A stretch of 64,000 nt of DNA. It comes from a virus. This document shows positions 38,726 to 49,680 of this stretch, in pieces. The DNA lies in the IMG/VR virus record IMGVR_UViG_3300034524_000181, positions 1 through 64,000 of that record; one strand, given 5' to 3'. The notes under the pieces were generated by a model, which ran no database searches, was not told where the DNA came from, and saw nothing but the letters and a program-made list of their open reading frames with translations. Positions within the stretch are counted from its first letter, which is position 1. Each line of letters opens with the position of its first letter. The position numbers and the translations under genes were made by a program.

Positions 38726-40297
38726 TCAATTTTCAATGTCTATACTAATGCCTGACTTAAATTCCACTTCAACCCTGCCATCGTGAATCGTAACTTTTTC
38801 AATAAGCCTCCTTACTAACTGTTCATCATATTCCTCTAACTCGCAGGATTGCTCATTAAAGAAATCAGTCATTTCAGCTATTCGTTGCCTTTTCCCTTCT
38901 CGCTCTGCATTCTCTACAAGTGCATTTTGCTTTAACTCCCGAAGTCGATAAATTTCATCAGCCACATCTTCATAGTCATTCTTGGATTTTGCTTGTATAA
39001 GGAGCTGTTGTTGTAACTCTTCCAATTTTCTATCAATATCATCGGTGGCATTATCATTTTTTTCATTAAGTACGGTAGCTATGTTTTTCTGCAAGGTTGA
39101 GAGGAAAGGCTCTTTGTTAGCCAAAAGTTCGTTAATAGCCCTGACCACTGCTGTCTGTAATGTCTCCTCGTTTATGGTAGGGGCCGTACATTCAGATCCT
39201 TTTTCCTCTAAACGGCTGACGCATCTCCAAACAATAGACTTGTAACCTCGGTTATTCCAGTGTACTCGTCGGTAAATATCACCGCATTGCCCGCAGTAAA
39301 CAATACTCGATAAGGCATATTTACTACTATAGACTCGCTTTTTACCGCCCTTACCGCCTCGGAGATTCGCTCTTCGAACCATCTCTTCTTGAACCTGCAT
39401 AAAAAGGTCACGGGGAATGATAGGTTCATGGCTGTTTTCCACATAATACTGGGGAACAATACCATTATTCTTGACACGCTTTTTGGAAAGGAAGTCAACC
39501 GTATAGGTCTTTTGCAAGAGTGCATCCCCGATGTATTTTTCATTCTGCAGTATCTTTTTCAGTGTTTCAGGTCTCCATTTTGCTTTGCCTGCCGCTGTTA
39601 GAACACCGTCTGCTTCCAGTCCTCTTGCTATTTGTAAAAGGCTCGCACCCTCAAGGTACTCCCTGTAAATCCGTTTAACAACCTCAGCACCCTCTGGGTC
39701 AATCACCAATTGCTTATTTTCATCTTTGGTGTATCCAAGGAAACGCTTGTGGTTGACCTGAACTTCACCTTGCTGATAGCGATACTGAATACCCAGCTTA
39801 ACGTTTTGGCTTAAGGACTGGCTTTCCTGTTGGGCAAGGGATGCCATAATGGTCAGCAGGACTTCACCCTTAGAATCCATGGTGTTTATATTCTCTTTTT
39901 CAAAGAACACAGCGATGTTTTTATCCTTTAACTGACGGATGTATTTAAGGCAGTCCAACGTGTTTCTGGCAAATCGGCTTATGGATTTTGTGATGATCAT
40001 GTCAATATTGCCTGCCATGCACTCTTCAATCATGCGGTTGAATTCATCACGCTTTTTGGTATTTGTACCTGTGATACCGTCATCCGCAAAAATCCCTGCC
40101 AATTCCCATTCCTTGTTCTTCTTAATATAATTTGTATAATGCTCAATCTGAATGTCATAGCTCGAAGCCTGCTCCTCACTATCCGTTGAAACACGGCAGT
40201 AAGCAGCCACTCGAATTTTGGGTTTGCTTTCACTATTTTTATTATTTCCGACTCGTTTAATTGCTGGAATCACTGTTACATTCCTACTTACCGCCAC
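38726..40297 (-). CDS. Large serine recombinase
   Basis: [16 protein letters not shown], zinc ribbon CGQCG. Confidence 0.93.
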   Translation of the reverse strand: MAVSRNVTVIPAIKRVGNNKNSESKPKIRVAAYCRVSTDSEEQASSYDIQIEHYTNYIKKNKEWELAGIFADDGITGTNTKKRDEFNRMIEECMAGNIDMIITKSISRFARNTLDCLKYIRQLKDKNIAVFFEKENINTMDSKGEVLLTIMASLAQQESQSLSQNVKLGIQYRYQQGEVQVNHKRFLGYTKDENKQLVIDPEGAEVVKRIYREYLEGASLLQIARGLEADGVLTAAGKAKWRPETLKKILQNEKYIGDALLQKTYTVDFLSKKRVKNNGIVPQYYVENSHEPIIPRDLFMQVQEEMVRRANLRGGKGGKKRVYSSKYALSSIVYCGQCGDIYRRVHWNNRGYKSIVWRCVSRLEEKGSECTAPTINEETLQTAVVRAINELLANKEPFLSTLQKNIATVLNEKNDNATDDIDRKLEELQQQLLIQAKSKNDYEDVADEIYRLRELKQNALVENAEREGKRQRIAEMTDFFNEQSCELEEYDEQLVRRLIEKVTIHDGRVEVEFKSGISIDIEN

Positions 40298-40300
40298 TGG

Positions 40301-40714
40301 TTACACCTCACTTTCTATCAAACTGTAAGCATATTCTGCCTGCTTGTATGGGTCTTCATATTTTTGCACCAGAGACTTTGCTTTGAACTTTACAGGATAA
40401 TCCGTTTTTGGTTCATCTTTAGGCTCCCATATCCTTCCTAGCTTTTCTGCTCGTTTTCGTCTTTCTACTCTGGCTTTTTCAAAGGTCTCCTCATCAATAA
40501 TTGGAGGGTAGAATTCATCGCCAAGGTAGTGCTTATTCTGCAACATCTTACTTACTGTGGCATGGTAGCAGTCTATCCCAGCTTTTTTAGCAGCACCCTT
40601 CAAAGAAAGTCCTGCCAAGTATCCTGAAAATAATTCTTTTACCCGCTCCGATGCTATTTCATCCACAACAGCCTTACCGTTTTCAATTCTATATCCATAG
40701 GGTATGTGACCCAT
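40301..40714 (-). CDS. Small recombinase-domain-only protein
   Basis: PYGY...LQNKHYLG...PPIID..F; no catalytic domain. Confidence 0.85.
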   Translation of the reverse strand: MGHIPYGYRIENGKAVVDEIASERVKELFSGYLAGLSLKGAAKKAGIDCYHATVSKMLQNKHYLGDEFYPPIIDEETFEKARVERRKRAEKLGRIWEPKDEPKTDYPVKFKAKSLVQKYEDPYKQAEYAYSLIESEV

Positions 40715-42280
40715 CTAATTCACCAACCTTTCCTTCAATGTGATTCCGCATTTTAATTCAAATCCAACTATCTCTCGTGAATAAACAATAATCTTCTCTG
40801 CGTAATTTTCAAACAGCTCATCCTCATAGGTTTTGAGCATTTTGGACTTAGTGGTAAACTTAAGCAGACGGTCAACCTCGTCTACTTTTGCAAAATTGCC
40901 ATTGATGGAACGAGTAAGTTGATCCTTTTCAGCAAGAAGTCTTTCTCTTTCTGCTTCCAGTGAAATCTTTTCTTTATTAAACAGAGCAGGTTCCAGATAT
41001 CCTTTGGCCAGTAAACCTGTCAGCATCTGGCTCTGCTCCATGTTGTTTTCAATCTTAGTTTCCAACTCTTCAATTCTGAGAAAACTCGCTGCACTATTCT
41101 GGTTACGTAACCCATCCAAAAGTGGTTTTAATATGAACTTCTGACCGAAAATGAGTTTATTCATCATCGTAACAAATGCCGTCTTTATATCATCATCTCG
41201 AATGAACTGCATAGAACATTCCGTTATCTGGCTTATATGCTTGCTACAGCACCAAGCAATGTATTTTCTTGTTCCAGACGAATGAATCCGTCTTTTAAAG
41301 GTACTGCCACATTCCGAGCAGATAATTTTGCTGGAGAAAGAATATCGGTTTTGATATTTGTTATTGCGCTTTTCGATGCCTTTTTCCTTTGCTCTCTGAG
41401 TGAGAATGGCATCCACAGCTTCAAAATCTTCATGGCTGATAATTGCCTCATGGTGGTTTTCTACTAGATACATATTTTTCTCACCATAATTGGTGTGCCT
41501 GTTAAAATGGCGGTCAGTATAGGTCTTTTGCAAAATAACATCGCCAGTATATTTTTCATTGGTCAGAATCCCTCGAATGGTAGTAGCCGTCCAACGACCA
41601 CCTCTTTTTGATGGAATACCCTTTTGATTAAGATCATCTGCAATTTTCTGTGTACCTTTTCCCGATAATACCTCTGCAAAAATATACTTCACAACTTCAG
41701 CCTGCTTAGGGTTTATCACCATTTGACCATCAATGTTGTCATAACCATATGGTGGATATGAAATCTTAAAAGTTCCGTTCTGAAATCGTCTTTGAATTGC
41801 CCACTTAGTATTTTCCGAAATGGAAATGGACTCACTTTCTGCAAGCCCACTTAATATAGAAAGCATCAACTCACTTTCCATTGATTGGGTATTGATATTC
41901 TCTTTCTCAAAATAGATGTAAATACCCAGGTCCAACAGTTTACGAACCATCTCCAAACAATCCGTAGTGTTTCTCGCAAACCTACTAATGGACTTTGTAA
42001 TAATTAAGTCAATCTTCTTATTTTCACAATCTGACAGCATTCTGAGAAGTTCCGTTCGGTTTTCTTTTTTGGTGCCACTAATTCCCTCATCATAATACAA
42101 GCCAACATACTCCCATTCTGGGTTTGCCTTTATGTAAGTCTCATAATGGGATTTTTGTGCTTCTAGGCTCACTAACTGTTCATCACTGTCCGTAGAAACA
42201 CGACAGTATGCGGCCACTCGTAGTTTAGGTTTGATAATCGATGCAACCTTATTTCCTTCTATTTTCGTTATCTTTTTCAT
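40715..42280 (-). CDS. Large serine recombinase
   Basis: [26 protein letters not shown]. Confidence 0.93.
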   Translation of the reverse strand: MKKITKIEGNKVASIIKPKLRVAAYCRVSTDSDEQLVSLEAQKSHYETYIKANPEWEYVGLYYDEGISGTKKENRTELLRMLSDCENKKIDLIITKSISRFARNTTDCLEMVRKLLDLGIYIYFEKENINTQSMESELMLSILSGLAESESISISENTKWAIQRRFQNGTFKISYPPYGYDNIDGQMVINPKQAEVVKYIFAEVLSGKGTQKIADDLNQKGIPSKRGGRWTATTIRGILTNEKYTGDVILQKTYTDRHFNRHTNYGEKNMYLVENHHEAIISHEDFEAVDAILTQRAKEKGIEKRNNKYQNRYSFSSKIICSECGSTFKRRIHSSGTRKYIAWCCSKHISQITECSMQFIRDDDIKTAFVTMMNKLIFGQKFILKPLLDGLRNQNSAASFLRIEELETKIENNMEQSQMLTGLLAKGYLEPALFNKEKISLEAERERLLAEKDQLTRSINGNFAKVDEVDRLLKFTTKSKMLKTYEDELFENYAEKIIVYSREIVGFELKCGITLKERLVN

Positions 42281-42332
42281 CGCCTCACCTCCTTCTTGGT
42301 AGGTCACATATTACCTCTGAACGCCCAGTATA

Positions 42333-42563
42333 TCAAGGAATATCGGGCATTATCTGTGCTAACATAGGTGAGAAAGTTTCGCGGTTTAATAGCATAATTT
42401 TGTTGAACTCTTCCTTTGAAATAAGACCCTTATCAAGCATTTGATGTAATAGCTTTTCCGCCCTATAATAATCAAATTCTCTTTGAAGAGCCTCGGCACT
42501 TAGATATTTCCTTTTTGGATTTAATAGTAGATCCTGTTTATCTGTAATTTTAGTAATCTGCAT
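42333..42563 (-). CDS. SHOCT-like domain protein
   Basis: MLDKGLISKEEFNKI motif; precedes the recombinase trio. Confidence 0.75.
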   Translation of the reverse strand: MQITKITDKQDLLLNPKRKYLSAEALQREFDYYRAEKLLHQMLDKGLISKEEFNKIMLLNRETFSPMLAQIMPDIP

Positions 42564-42694
42564 ATAGGTAACCTCCATTTCTACAGGTAGACCCCTGCAC
42601 CTATATGCAAAAAAATTCGGTGATTCGAACCCCTAAAAAAGCAAAAGACCCGAAGAGCTGTTACACTCCTCGGGTCATTAAAATTAGCTGTTCG

Positions 42695-43396
42695 TTAACC
42701 ATACTTAATAAAGGCATCGGTAAAGCCAGCTTTCTTAGCTTTGGCAAGTTGCGCTTCCGCATTGGCTTTTACAGAATAGGCACCGATTTGAACACGATAA
42801 TATTTCTTTCTCTCCTGTTCTGCAGGCTTCTCTCCTTCACTTAATAGCTTTTTCACATCCGCTCTGAAGGTATCCATGCTTTTTCCATGCTTTGGAAACC
42901 AGTTTCTCGGATCTCCATGATTACTTGCGATTCCTTTTTGATATCCTTCATAGTGGCCAATAACATCTTTTTCGGTCAAGTTATAGAGCTTGCAAAGATA
43001 CACACACAGTTCTACCGCTTCCTTATAAACTGCATTAAAATACGAGGCATCGGTCAAACCGTCCTCGCAGATTTCAAAACCAATATGAGTATCATTTGCC
43101 TTTCCACCTGTATGCCATCCACGATGGTCCCATGGCAGAGTTTGATAAGTGGCAATTGAACCATTCTTAAGCTTTCCAATGAAAGCATGGACGCAAACCT
43201 GTCTTCCGTCAGGTCTATCCTGATTCCAGTGATTATTGTACTGATTTACACCTAATAGACCATCATCCGGTCCAACGTATCTACGAAGATAAGGATTGTT
43301 GGCACCGGTGCTATGAACCATGATACCTTTCGGTGTAATCTTTTTTCCTGCCTTATAACATGCATTTTCAGTCAGAATAAGTTTTCTTAGATTCAT
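42695..43396 (-). CDS. Endolysin (Amidase_2 + SPOR)
   Basis: MVHSTG, GFEICE, HGDP; YRVQIGAY. Confidence 0.9.
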   Translation of the reverse strand: MNLRKLILTENACYKAGKKITPKGIMVHSTGANNPYLRRYVGPDDGLLGVNQYNNHWNQDRPDGRQVCVHAFIGKLKNGSIATYQTLPWDHRGWHTGGKANDTHIGFEICEDGLTDASYFNAVYKEAVELCVYLCKLYNLTEKDVIGHYEGYQKGIASNHGDPRNWFPKHGKSMDTFRADVKKLLSEGEKPAEQERKKYYRVQIGAYSVKANAEAQLAKAKKAGFTDAFIKYG

Positions 43397-43803
43397 TGTT
43401 CCTTACCTCCTTTATTATGCAACTGAACAAGAATATCTTTTAATTTTTCTGGTATTGGTAGTCCTAATCGACCAGCATTTTCTAGCATAGATACACCTTC
43501 ATTGGAGCAATAGAAAAAGATGATAGCAGTCCGAAGCACGCTCCCATCTCCAATCAGATTTGTATCAATCAAATGTCCAACTCCAACTAGAATAAAAATA
43601 AGTACTTTTTTGAATATGCCCTTAAACCCTATTTCACTTGATAGTTTCTTTTCAACAATGGCACACATGACACCGGTGATATAATCAGCCACCATTAATG
43701 CCACTAATGCATATAAAAATCCATCAAAACCTCCTAAAAACCATCCTAAAAGTCCACCAAGTACAGTAAACGCAGTTTGTATCCAACTCCAAATTTCCTT
43801 CAT
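43393..43803 (-). CDS. Holin
   Basis: DYITG, S..GFKG..KK, NEGVSMLEN. Confidence 0.9.
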   Translation of the reverse strand: MKEIWSWIQTAFTVLGGLLGWFLGGFDGFLYALVALMVADYITGVMCAIVEKKLSSEIGFKGIFKKVLIFILVGVGHLIDTNLIGDGSVLRTAIIFFYCSNEGVSMLENAGRLGLPIPEKLKDILVQLHNKGGKEQ

Positions 43804-43884
43804 TATTTTTACCTCCTTCATGATTGGTGCATATATAAAAAGAGTGTCTGCATTATCGCAAACACTCTTGGTTCAGTGTGTTAA

Positions 43885-46356
43885 TTATATTTGTTTAGGT
43901 AAGGCTTCCCATAACCTCATATCCTCCTGTCCCAGAGACCATATCGCAATCCCCCTAAGCTTCCATCGATACGCTGCCTCATTTGCCCAATAGACTAGGC
44001 TATCCACGTCTTGGTAGTAAAGAATTGAGAAGCCATCAGCATCCCCGAGAAATAGGCGTGAAATCCATACATTAATGTCCTTAGGCACAATCTTTACTGA
44101 ATAGTCATTTCCACAGACCAATGATAAAAGCTCTGAGTGAAAAAAATCATAATCCATGGAAATATCCTGACTTCTTGTTGAAGCTTCCTCCACATCACTG
44201 TTAACTGTAAAAACCTGAAACTCACTATCCCATGTAACACCAGTTCTTTCTAGTCTCCCATACTCCGTTCTAGTTCCATCTGGGAAGATTACATCAAATC
44301 TTTCATAAGGTTCATAAGTCCAGGCATCTCCTAATCTTATTAATTCACATAGAATACGTCCATCCGATTGAATTCCGGCATAACCACCTGAATAACCATC
44401 AAGCGACGCTGTGAATCGCAAAATACTACTTGCTCCAGAATAAACCCTTACAGAATTACTACGTATCCTCATTTCAATGGTGTACATTCTTGGATTTGAG
44501 CGAAGATCTGATGATGGAGTTTTAGAAATTTCGGTTGCATAGCTTCCGATTAGAGTAGAACCATTATATAGTTCAATACGCTGTGAATTAATATTTAAAC
44601 AGCAAAAGAGTTCTCCACAAAAAATGCCAGCTCGACCACTTCCATCTGAAGGAAAAGCTAATCTCGCTCTTAAATGAACATCTGAGAAACCATTATATTT
44701 CCACGCCAACCTCCCATGTCCATCAAGCTGTGAATAAGGGCGAGTAGCTGGATCATTCTTGTTCTGCCACACCTCCCACTCTCCGCTTAATGTTGTCCAA
44801 TAGCTGGATGGAAGCGGATTTTCATCTCGAAAGTCCTCATACCAAATTAGTGCTGAATCAGGCTTTCTACGAAGTACTTCCGTTGTCAATTTAAATCCCC
44901 GATCGGGCTGAACCATTAAACCGTTCACATCTTTAAACTGGCGAGGGGATAACATGAAGTCAGCCTCTCCAGCAGAAGGCTCTTCACTAAAGCTTGAACA
45001 TACCCGAAATCCATAGAACTGTACTCCTGTTACTGAGGGACTAACTGTGACAGTATGAGTTCCAGCTGAAAGATATACACTCGAAGCCAAAGAGCTCCAG
45101 CAAGTTGTTCTCCAATATGGCCACCATAACCTACTCTCACTAAATACCTTATTTATTCCGTCAAGCGAAACATGGATAGTATTCTTGTCCCAAAAAGGAA
45201 AAGAAAAGCGAATAGCTACATCATAAAAACCAGCAGATTCTATTTCAAATTCGTAGGTGGCTTCACCTTCATCTCCAAGTGTAATAAATTGAGATGAAAC
45301 TGATACATTACCAAAATAATTATCAGGTGTTCCACCACTACGGTCTATAAAGATTGTGCCAAATTCAGTTTTTTGTTGCTTACTATAGGCGGTCAAATAT
45401 CTGCGACGACTATAGGATTCCTCAAGTAATGGGTATGTTCTTGAAACAGCATCCCAGCCTTCCATGTAGTCATACACATGTGGTAACGCCCAAGGAACCT
45501 TATCATAATCATCCCAATACGCAATGATTGGAATCATTGGTTGAGGTGGCCCGTCATCAGTAAAGTTATATCCTCCTGTCATCCAAAGCTTTGCTGCATA
45601 ATAAGTGTTTGAAATCCCACGATATGTTATTCCAAGGTTCTCTGGTGTATCATGTATCCTCCAGTTCCAGCCATAGGCGGGCAATCCCAAAAATATTTTT
45701 TCAGGATTCATAACCCGAACAGCATAATCATAAATACCTTCCAACCAATCCCTCGGAGAAACCGGTCCCGGAGCAGAACCAGCCCATGCCATGCCATAAC
45801 TCATAATCGCTGCCGTATCACAGTACGGATTTAAGTCTTCATAGACACACCAATTTTCGCCACCAACCGAGCCTTGTACTCCCGTCATTCCTGGTAAACA
45901 AATATTAACGAGTTTAGAAGAATCATAGGCTTTGACAGTATTATATATGTCACGAAATAGGGCATTGGCAGCATCCTTGTTCTCGTAGCCACCTCCACGT
46001 TCCAAGTCTATATCAACCCCTGCACACCATGGATACTTTTCCATAATGCGAATGATCTCAGTAAGAAATTTATCCTTCGCACCACTGGTATTATTTCTAA
46101 GGGCAGTAAAAATAGAAGCTGTACCATGATTCATAATAGTCAGTAGCCATTTGATATGAGGCCAACGGTTAATATAGGTAAGCATACTGGATATGCTTGT
46201 TCCTGTTTCTGTTATTGTCCCGGTGATATCCACTTCAAAAGTAAAAATACCCACCGTATCAATTCGATCACCATAGTCTCGTAATGCTTGATACATGCGG
46301 GTATTCCCCATGAAACTCCAGACCATACAACGCTTACCTTTTAAATAGTCAATCAA
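43885..46356 (-). CDS. GH18 glycosyl hydrolase with inserted CBM/lectin-like domains (tail-associated)
   Basis: GVDIDLE, MSYG, LGLPAYG, C-terminal GIAIWSLGQED. Confidence 0.8.
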   Translation of the reverse strand: MIDYLKGKRCMVWSFMGNTRMYQALRDYGDRIDTVGIFTFEVDITGTITETGTSISSMLTYINRWPHIKWLLTIMNHGTASIFTALRNNTSGAKDKFLTEIIRIMEKYPWCAGVDIDLERGGGYENKDAANALFRDIYNTVKAYDSSKLVNICLPGMTGVQGSVGGENWCVYEDLNPYCDTAAIMSYGMAWAGSAPGPVSPRDWLEGIYDYAVRVMNPEKIFLGLPAYGWNWRIHDTPENLGITYRGISNTYYAAKLWMTGGYNFTDDGPPQPMIPIIAYWDDYDKVPWALPHVYDYMEGWDAVSRTYPLLEESYSRRRYLTAYSKQQKTEFGTIFIDRSGGTPDNYFGNVSVSSQFITLGDEGEATYEFEIESAGFYDVAIRFSFPFWDKNTIHVSLDGINKVFSESRLWWPYWRTTCWSSLASSVYLSAGTHTVTVSPSVTGVQFYGFRVCSSFSEEPSAGEADFMLSPRQFKDVNGLMVQPDRGFKLTTEVLRRKPDSALIWYEDFRDENPLPSSYWTTLSGEWEVWQNKNDPATRPYSQLDGHGRLAWKYNGFSDVHLRARLAFPSDGSGRAGIFCGELFCCLNINSQRIELYNGSTLIGSYATEISKTPSSDLRSNPRMYTIEMRIRSNSVRVYSGASSILRFTASLDGYSGGYAGIQSDGRILCELIRLGDAWTYEPYERFDVIFPDGTRTEYGRLERTGVTWDSEFQVFTVNSDVEEASTRSQDISMDYDFFHSELLSLVCGNDYSVKIVPKDINVWISRLFLGDADGFSILYYQDVDSLVYWANEAAYRWKLRGIAIWSLGQEDMRLWEALPKQI

Positions 46357-46934
46357 AGGCGCTCACTTCCTTCCTGCATTTCTTGAAACTCAAATAATAC
46401 CCGGGCTGATTTTCTGTCTTCTAGCTTTATCACATGTTTGCTATCACCGGATGCTGTATATTGAAAAAAACCTTCCTTATCAGTTGGGTTTCCGTTCTTT
46501 AAACACTGCCTAGTTGATGCTAGTAGCGAAAAGGTATCACCTGGACTAACTGCCTCATTAAATATCACCTTGTGCACCCCTGCTCCTTGAGACAATTGGA
46601 TACTGCCTGCAGCCATATTTTGGTTTGGATAAATATGACAGTCAAGGCCAGCGGAAGTTGAACCCAGATTGAAGAGAATAATCGTCTCTCCGCTTCGAAC
46701 TACTCCATTATAAAAGCGAACAGGAACAATTGTCTCATTCTCTCGATATTTTTGCAGCATGCTCTCTGTGTTAGTTGTATAACCAGTAAGGTGATTTCCT
46801 TCCTGTGCTTGAATATCAGTAAAATATACCGTACCTGTACAATCTTCAAGAAGTAAATTCACTGTTACGCTTACTACTCGTTTATCCTCTTTACAATGAA
46901 TCGTCTCGGTAAATCTGGTAAATGCAACTGACAT
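46353..46934 (-). CDS. Tail-associated protein; N-terminus resembles a CBM C-terminal half
   Basis: DCTGTVYFTDI, similar to 46944-47138. Confidence 0.65.
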   Translation of the reverse strand: MSVAFTRFTETIHCKEDKRVVSVTVNLLLEDCTGTVYFTDIQAQEGNHLTGYTTNTESMLQKYRENETIVPVRFYNGVVRSGETIILFNLGSTSAGLDCHIYPNQNMAAGSIQLSQGAGVHKVIFNEAVSPGDTFSLLASTRQCLKNGNPTDKEGFFQYTASGDSKHVIKLEDRKSARVLFEFQEMQEGSERL

Positions 46935-46943
46935 TTACACCAC

Positions 46944-47138
46944 CTACCCATCCAGCGTCCATTGTATTTCTGACACATGACCAACCCAGCCCGTAGCAAC
47001 AGAGCCACCTTGCAAAAGCATATCCGTAAAGAATACCTCACCAGTACAATCAGTAATGAAAAGACGGATGGTAAGCGACTTTATCTTGCCAAAACCTCTC
47101 GGTGTAATAGCATGAGCTGTCTGTGAAAAATAAGCCAT
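46944..47138 (-). CDS. Small tail-associated protein (CBM C-terminal half)
   Basis: DCTGEVFFTDM; own GGAGG; in frame with the upstream tail gene. Confidence 0.65.
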   Translation of the reverse strand: MAYFSQTAHAITPRGFGKIKSLTIRLFITDCTGEVFFTDMLLQGGSVATGWVGHVSEIQWTLDG

Positions 47139-47153
47139 ATCGCTACCTCCTTC

Positions 47154-49676
47154 CTAATAGAGATCAATAAACCTAGTTTCTGTCGAACCGTCCTCATATT
47201 CAATGACAACTTCAATTCCAACTTTTCCGTTTGGCCCTTTCTGTAGATTTTCCGATGCAATCTGCGCTGAAAATGTGTAACTCTTTCTACTAGCAGGATA
47301 CACAGTCTGTGATAGACTTTTTGTCATTCCTAAAACTCCCTCAGCTTTAAAAGAAGCTGATCCTGATACCCCATTATTAGGGTCCACTGTAAAACCTGAA
47401 CTTAACCAATAGGTTAACCCGTCATCAGCTCGTGAATTTCTTAGATGATTAAAAGGAACTAAGTCTTTTACTTCCTGACGGTCAAGAACATCAGCTGAAG
47501 ATAAAATATCAGCAGCTTTATCCCAAACAGCAGATGAATCCCCCAGTTCTCTTAACGTTGTTGATAGCTCCAGCACTGTTTTCCATGGTTCTTGGAGATT
47601 ATATTGTCTGCGTACCACACGAGTTTTGACAGATAAATTCAAATCTCTATCATCCACAGTTACTATATCACCTAGTTTCCATGCCTCATGCTCATATCCT
47701 GTCAACACTGATAAGTCCATTGCAGAGAGAACATATGAGATTCGTGGCTTCGCATACTGAGCTAAGCGCATATTAGCGAACTCAAGCAGCTGATAAGGGT
47801 TGCTGATTGATGAAGCATCCAGCGTTCCTACTCTAACTTCTGATGAATAGCTATAATCCTCAACATACTCTTTATTACCATTGATAGAAGCAAATGTTAT
47901 ACCATCTTTTCCATAAGCATAAAGGCGAGTGATTAGACTTCTAGTATCCACTACGCGCTGTATACTTTTCATGTTCTTTCTATAGCAAAATAATGCCCCA
48001 CTATCAGTACCTCCAAATGTCAAGAGATGTACCAAACGATTGGCACTATCGAAAATCAAGTCGCCTCCATGAATATTCTGTATTGTTCGTAGGATAGCTA
48101 ATGCATTCTTTTCTGTTGATTGCCATGTACGTTTAGTATTTACAGTTACGTTTCCTAATGACCAGCCAGTATTAAGTAAGGCATAGCGCATAGGGACTTC
48201 TGGTGTCTCTGCAACAAATTCCATGGGTTCTTTTTCAGCACTAAAAGAAAGATCATAAAATGCTGCTTCCGCATATACTTGAGTTACAACTCTTCCATCG
48301 GAGCTTTTCTCATCTGTTATAGTTCGAATACGATAAACATCATTAACAATCTGCACCTGTTTTTCATTGTCTAATGTCTCTCGCTTGGAATCATGAAATG
48401 GCAGTTTAAACTCCAGAATATCAGCGCCATTTACTTCACTTGTTACTACAATATCAAAGGCATTTTCTAACACTGCTTCCCAAGCCCCGTTAGTATCCAA
48501 CACAACTGGTCTTGCAAATCCAAGTCTCTCATAAGGAGGTTTTGGTATATCATGTAGTTGTATTTCAAGAAGTTTAGGAGTTCTACTGGTGTCTTGAGTA
48601 GATAATGTAATTCGATAACGAATATATTCTCTGTTTGGAGATTGTAATTCCCCACTTGTTCCAATAGCCTGCCATTCAGTCCAACTAGACAAATCATCTG
48701 ATGTAGAAGTTTCAACTAAGCTTATCGATGTTATACCTGCAATGTATTCACTTGTAACTGATACTCTACCCGTTCCAGAAAGCCCACAGGCAGCTGCTAT
48801 CGAATAAAACTGGCCACTTTGTGCATAGACTCCGCTTGTTGCTTTTAGTATGACAGAACCAGGGTCCACAAGAGCATCAACATCAGCAGTGCTGTCTCCA
48901 CCGTTTGCCAAAATTGAAGATTTAAAATAGAAAATAAGATCCTCCATGGTAAGCGAAGAATCTTTTTCATAGAACCAGTCATCAAATCCTCCTGCGTAAT
49001 AATAGGTATTTGCATGCATCCCCATCACAATGTCCGCAACACAGGATTGATTTAAGTCTCCCGTGAATGTTCGAACTGGAGATTGCCAGACAGCCCCATC
49101 ACTTCGATCGCAAAGTAAGTTCTGTACCCTTTTGCTGTTTACCTCAATGATTGATGCAATAAAGTACCACCCGTTATTCTTTAGGGGAATAGTAGGTGTT
49201 TCTGTCTGGTCATATATCAGGGAGCCGGAAGAATTATACAGCATTAATCGCAACCTTCCCTGAAATAAAGAAACATAAAAAATTGGTTGGCCAGGGCCTT
49301 GTCTAGTATTGAAAATCGGGATATACGTCTGCCCCACAGAATAAGTAGTTGGGTTTATCCATCCACCAACAACAATCTTTTCACCTAAATCACTAAAAAA
49401 GCTACCATCATTGGTAGCCACTAAATGCGTCTTTTCACTTGTTGGATTAATGATATTCTGCCTAAAATATCTTCCTAATCTACCAGATGATAAGTTGGCT
49501 GATGTGCCTGACCATCCGGATACAAAGAAGTTTCTGTTATGACCAGAATCATCTGCAAGCATGTTATTGCTATCTGGTGTAGCTTCATTAAATCGCCAAA
49601 GAGCAACTGTCTTCTCGCTTACAGGAAACTCACCTGTAAAATCTGTCTGTGATGTTAAGATTGATTTAATTGCCAC
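47154..49676 (-). CDS. Phage tail tip protein
   Basis: 840 aa, colinear paralog of 1-2523. Confidence 0.85.
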   Translation of the reverse strand: MAIKSILTSQTDFTGEFPVSEKTVALWRFNEATPDSNNMLADDSGHNRNFFVSGWSGTSANLSSGRLGRYFRQNIINPTSEKTHLVATNDGSFFSDLGEKIVVGGWINPTTYSVGQTYIPIFNTRQGPGQPIFYVSLFQGRLRLMLYNSSGSLIYDQTETPTIPLKNNGWYFIASIIEVNSKRVQNLLCDRSDGAVWQSPVRTFTGDLNQSCVADIVMGMHANTYYYAGGFDDWFYEKDSSLTMEDLIFYFKSSILANGGDSTADVDALVDPGSVILKATSGVYAQSGQFYSIAAACGLSGTGRVSVTSEYIAGITSISLVETSTSDDLSSWTEWQAIGTSGELQSPNREYIRYRITLSTQDTSRTPKLLEIQLHDIPKPPYERLGFARPVVLDTNGAWEAVLENAFDIVVTSEVNGADILEFKLPFHDSKRETLDNEKQVQIVNDVYRIRTITDEKSSDGRVVTQVYAEAAFYDLSFSAEKEPMEFVAETPEVPMRYALLNTGWSLGNVTVNTKRTWQSTEKNALAILRTIQNIHGGDLIFDSANRLVHLLTFGGTDSGALFCYRKNMKSIQRVVDTRSLITRLYAYGKDGITFASINGNKEYVEDYSYSSEVRVGTLDASSISNPYQLLEFANMRLAQYAKPRISYVLSAMDLSVLTGYEHEAWKLGDIVTVDDRDLNLSVKTRVVRRQYNLQEPWKTVLELSTTLRELGDSSAVWDKAADILSSADVLDRQEVKDLVPFNHLRNSRADDGLTYWLSSGFTVDPNNGVSGSASFKAEGVLGMTKSLSQTVYPASRKSYTFSAQIASENLQKGPNGKVGIEVVIEYEDGSTETRFIDLY

Positions 49677-49680
49677 AAGC

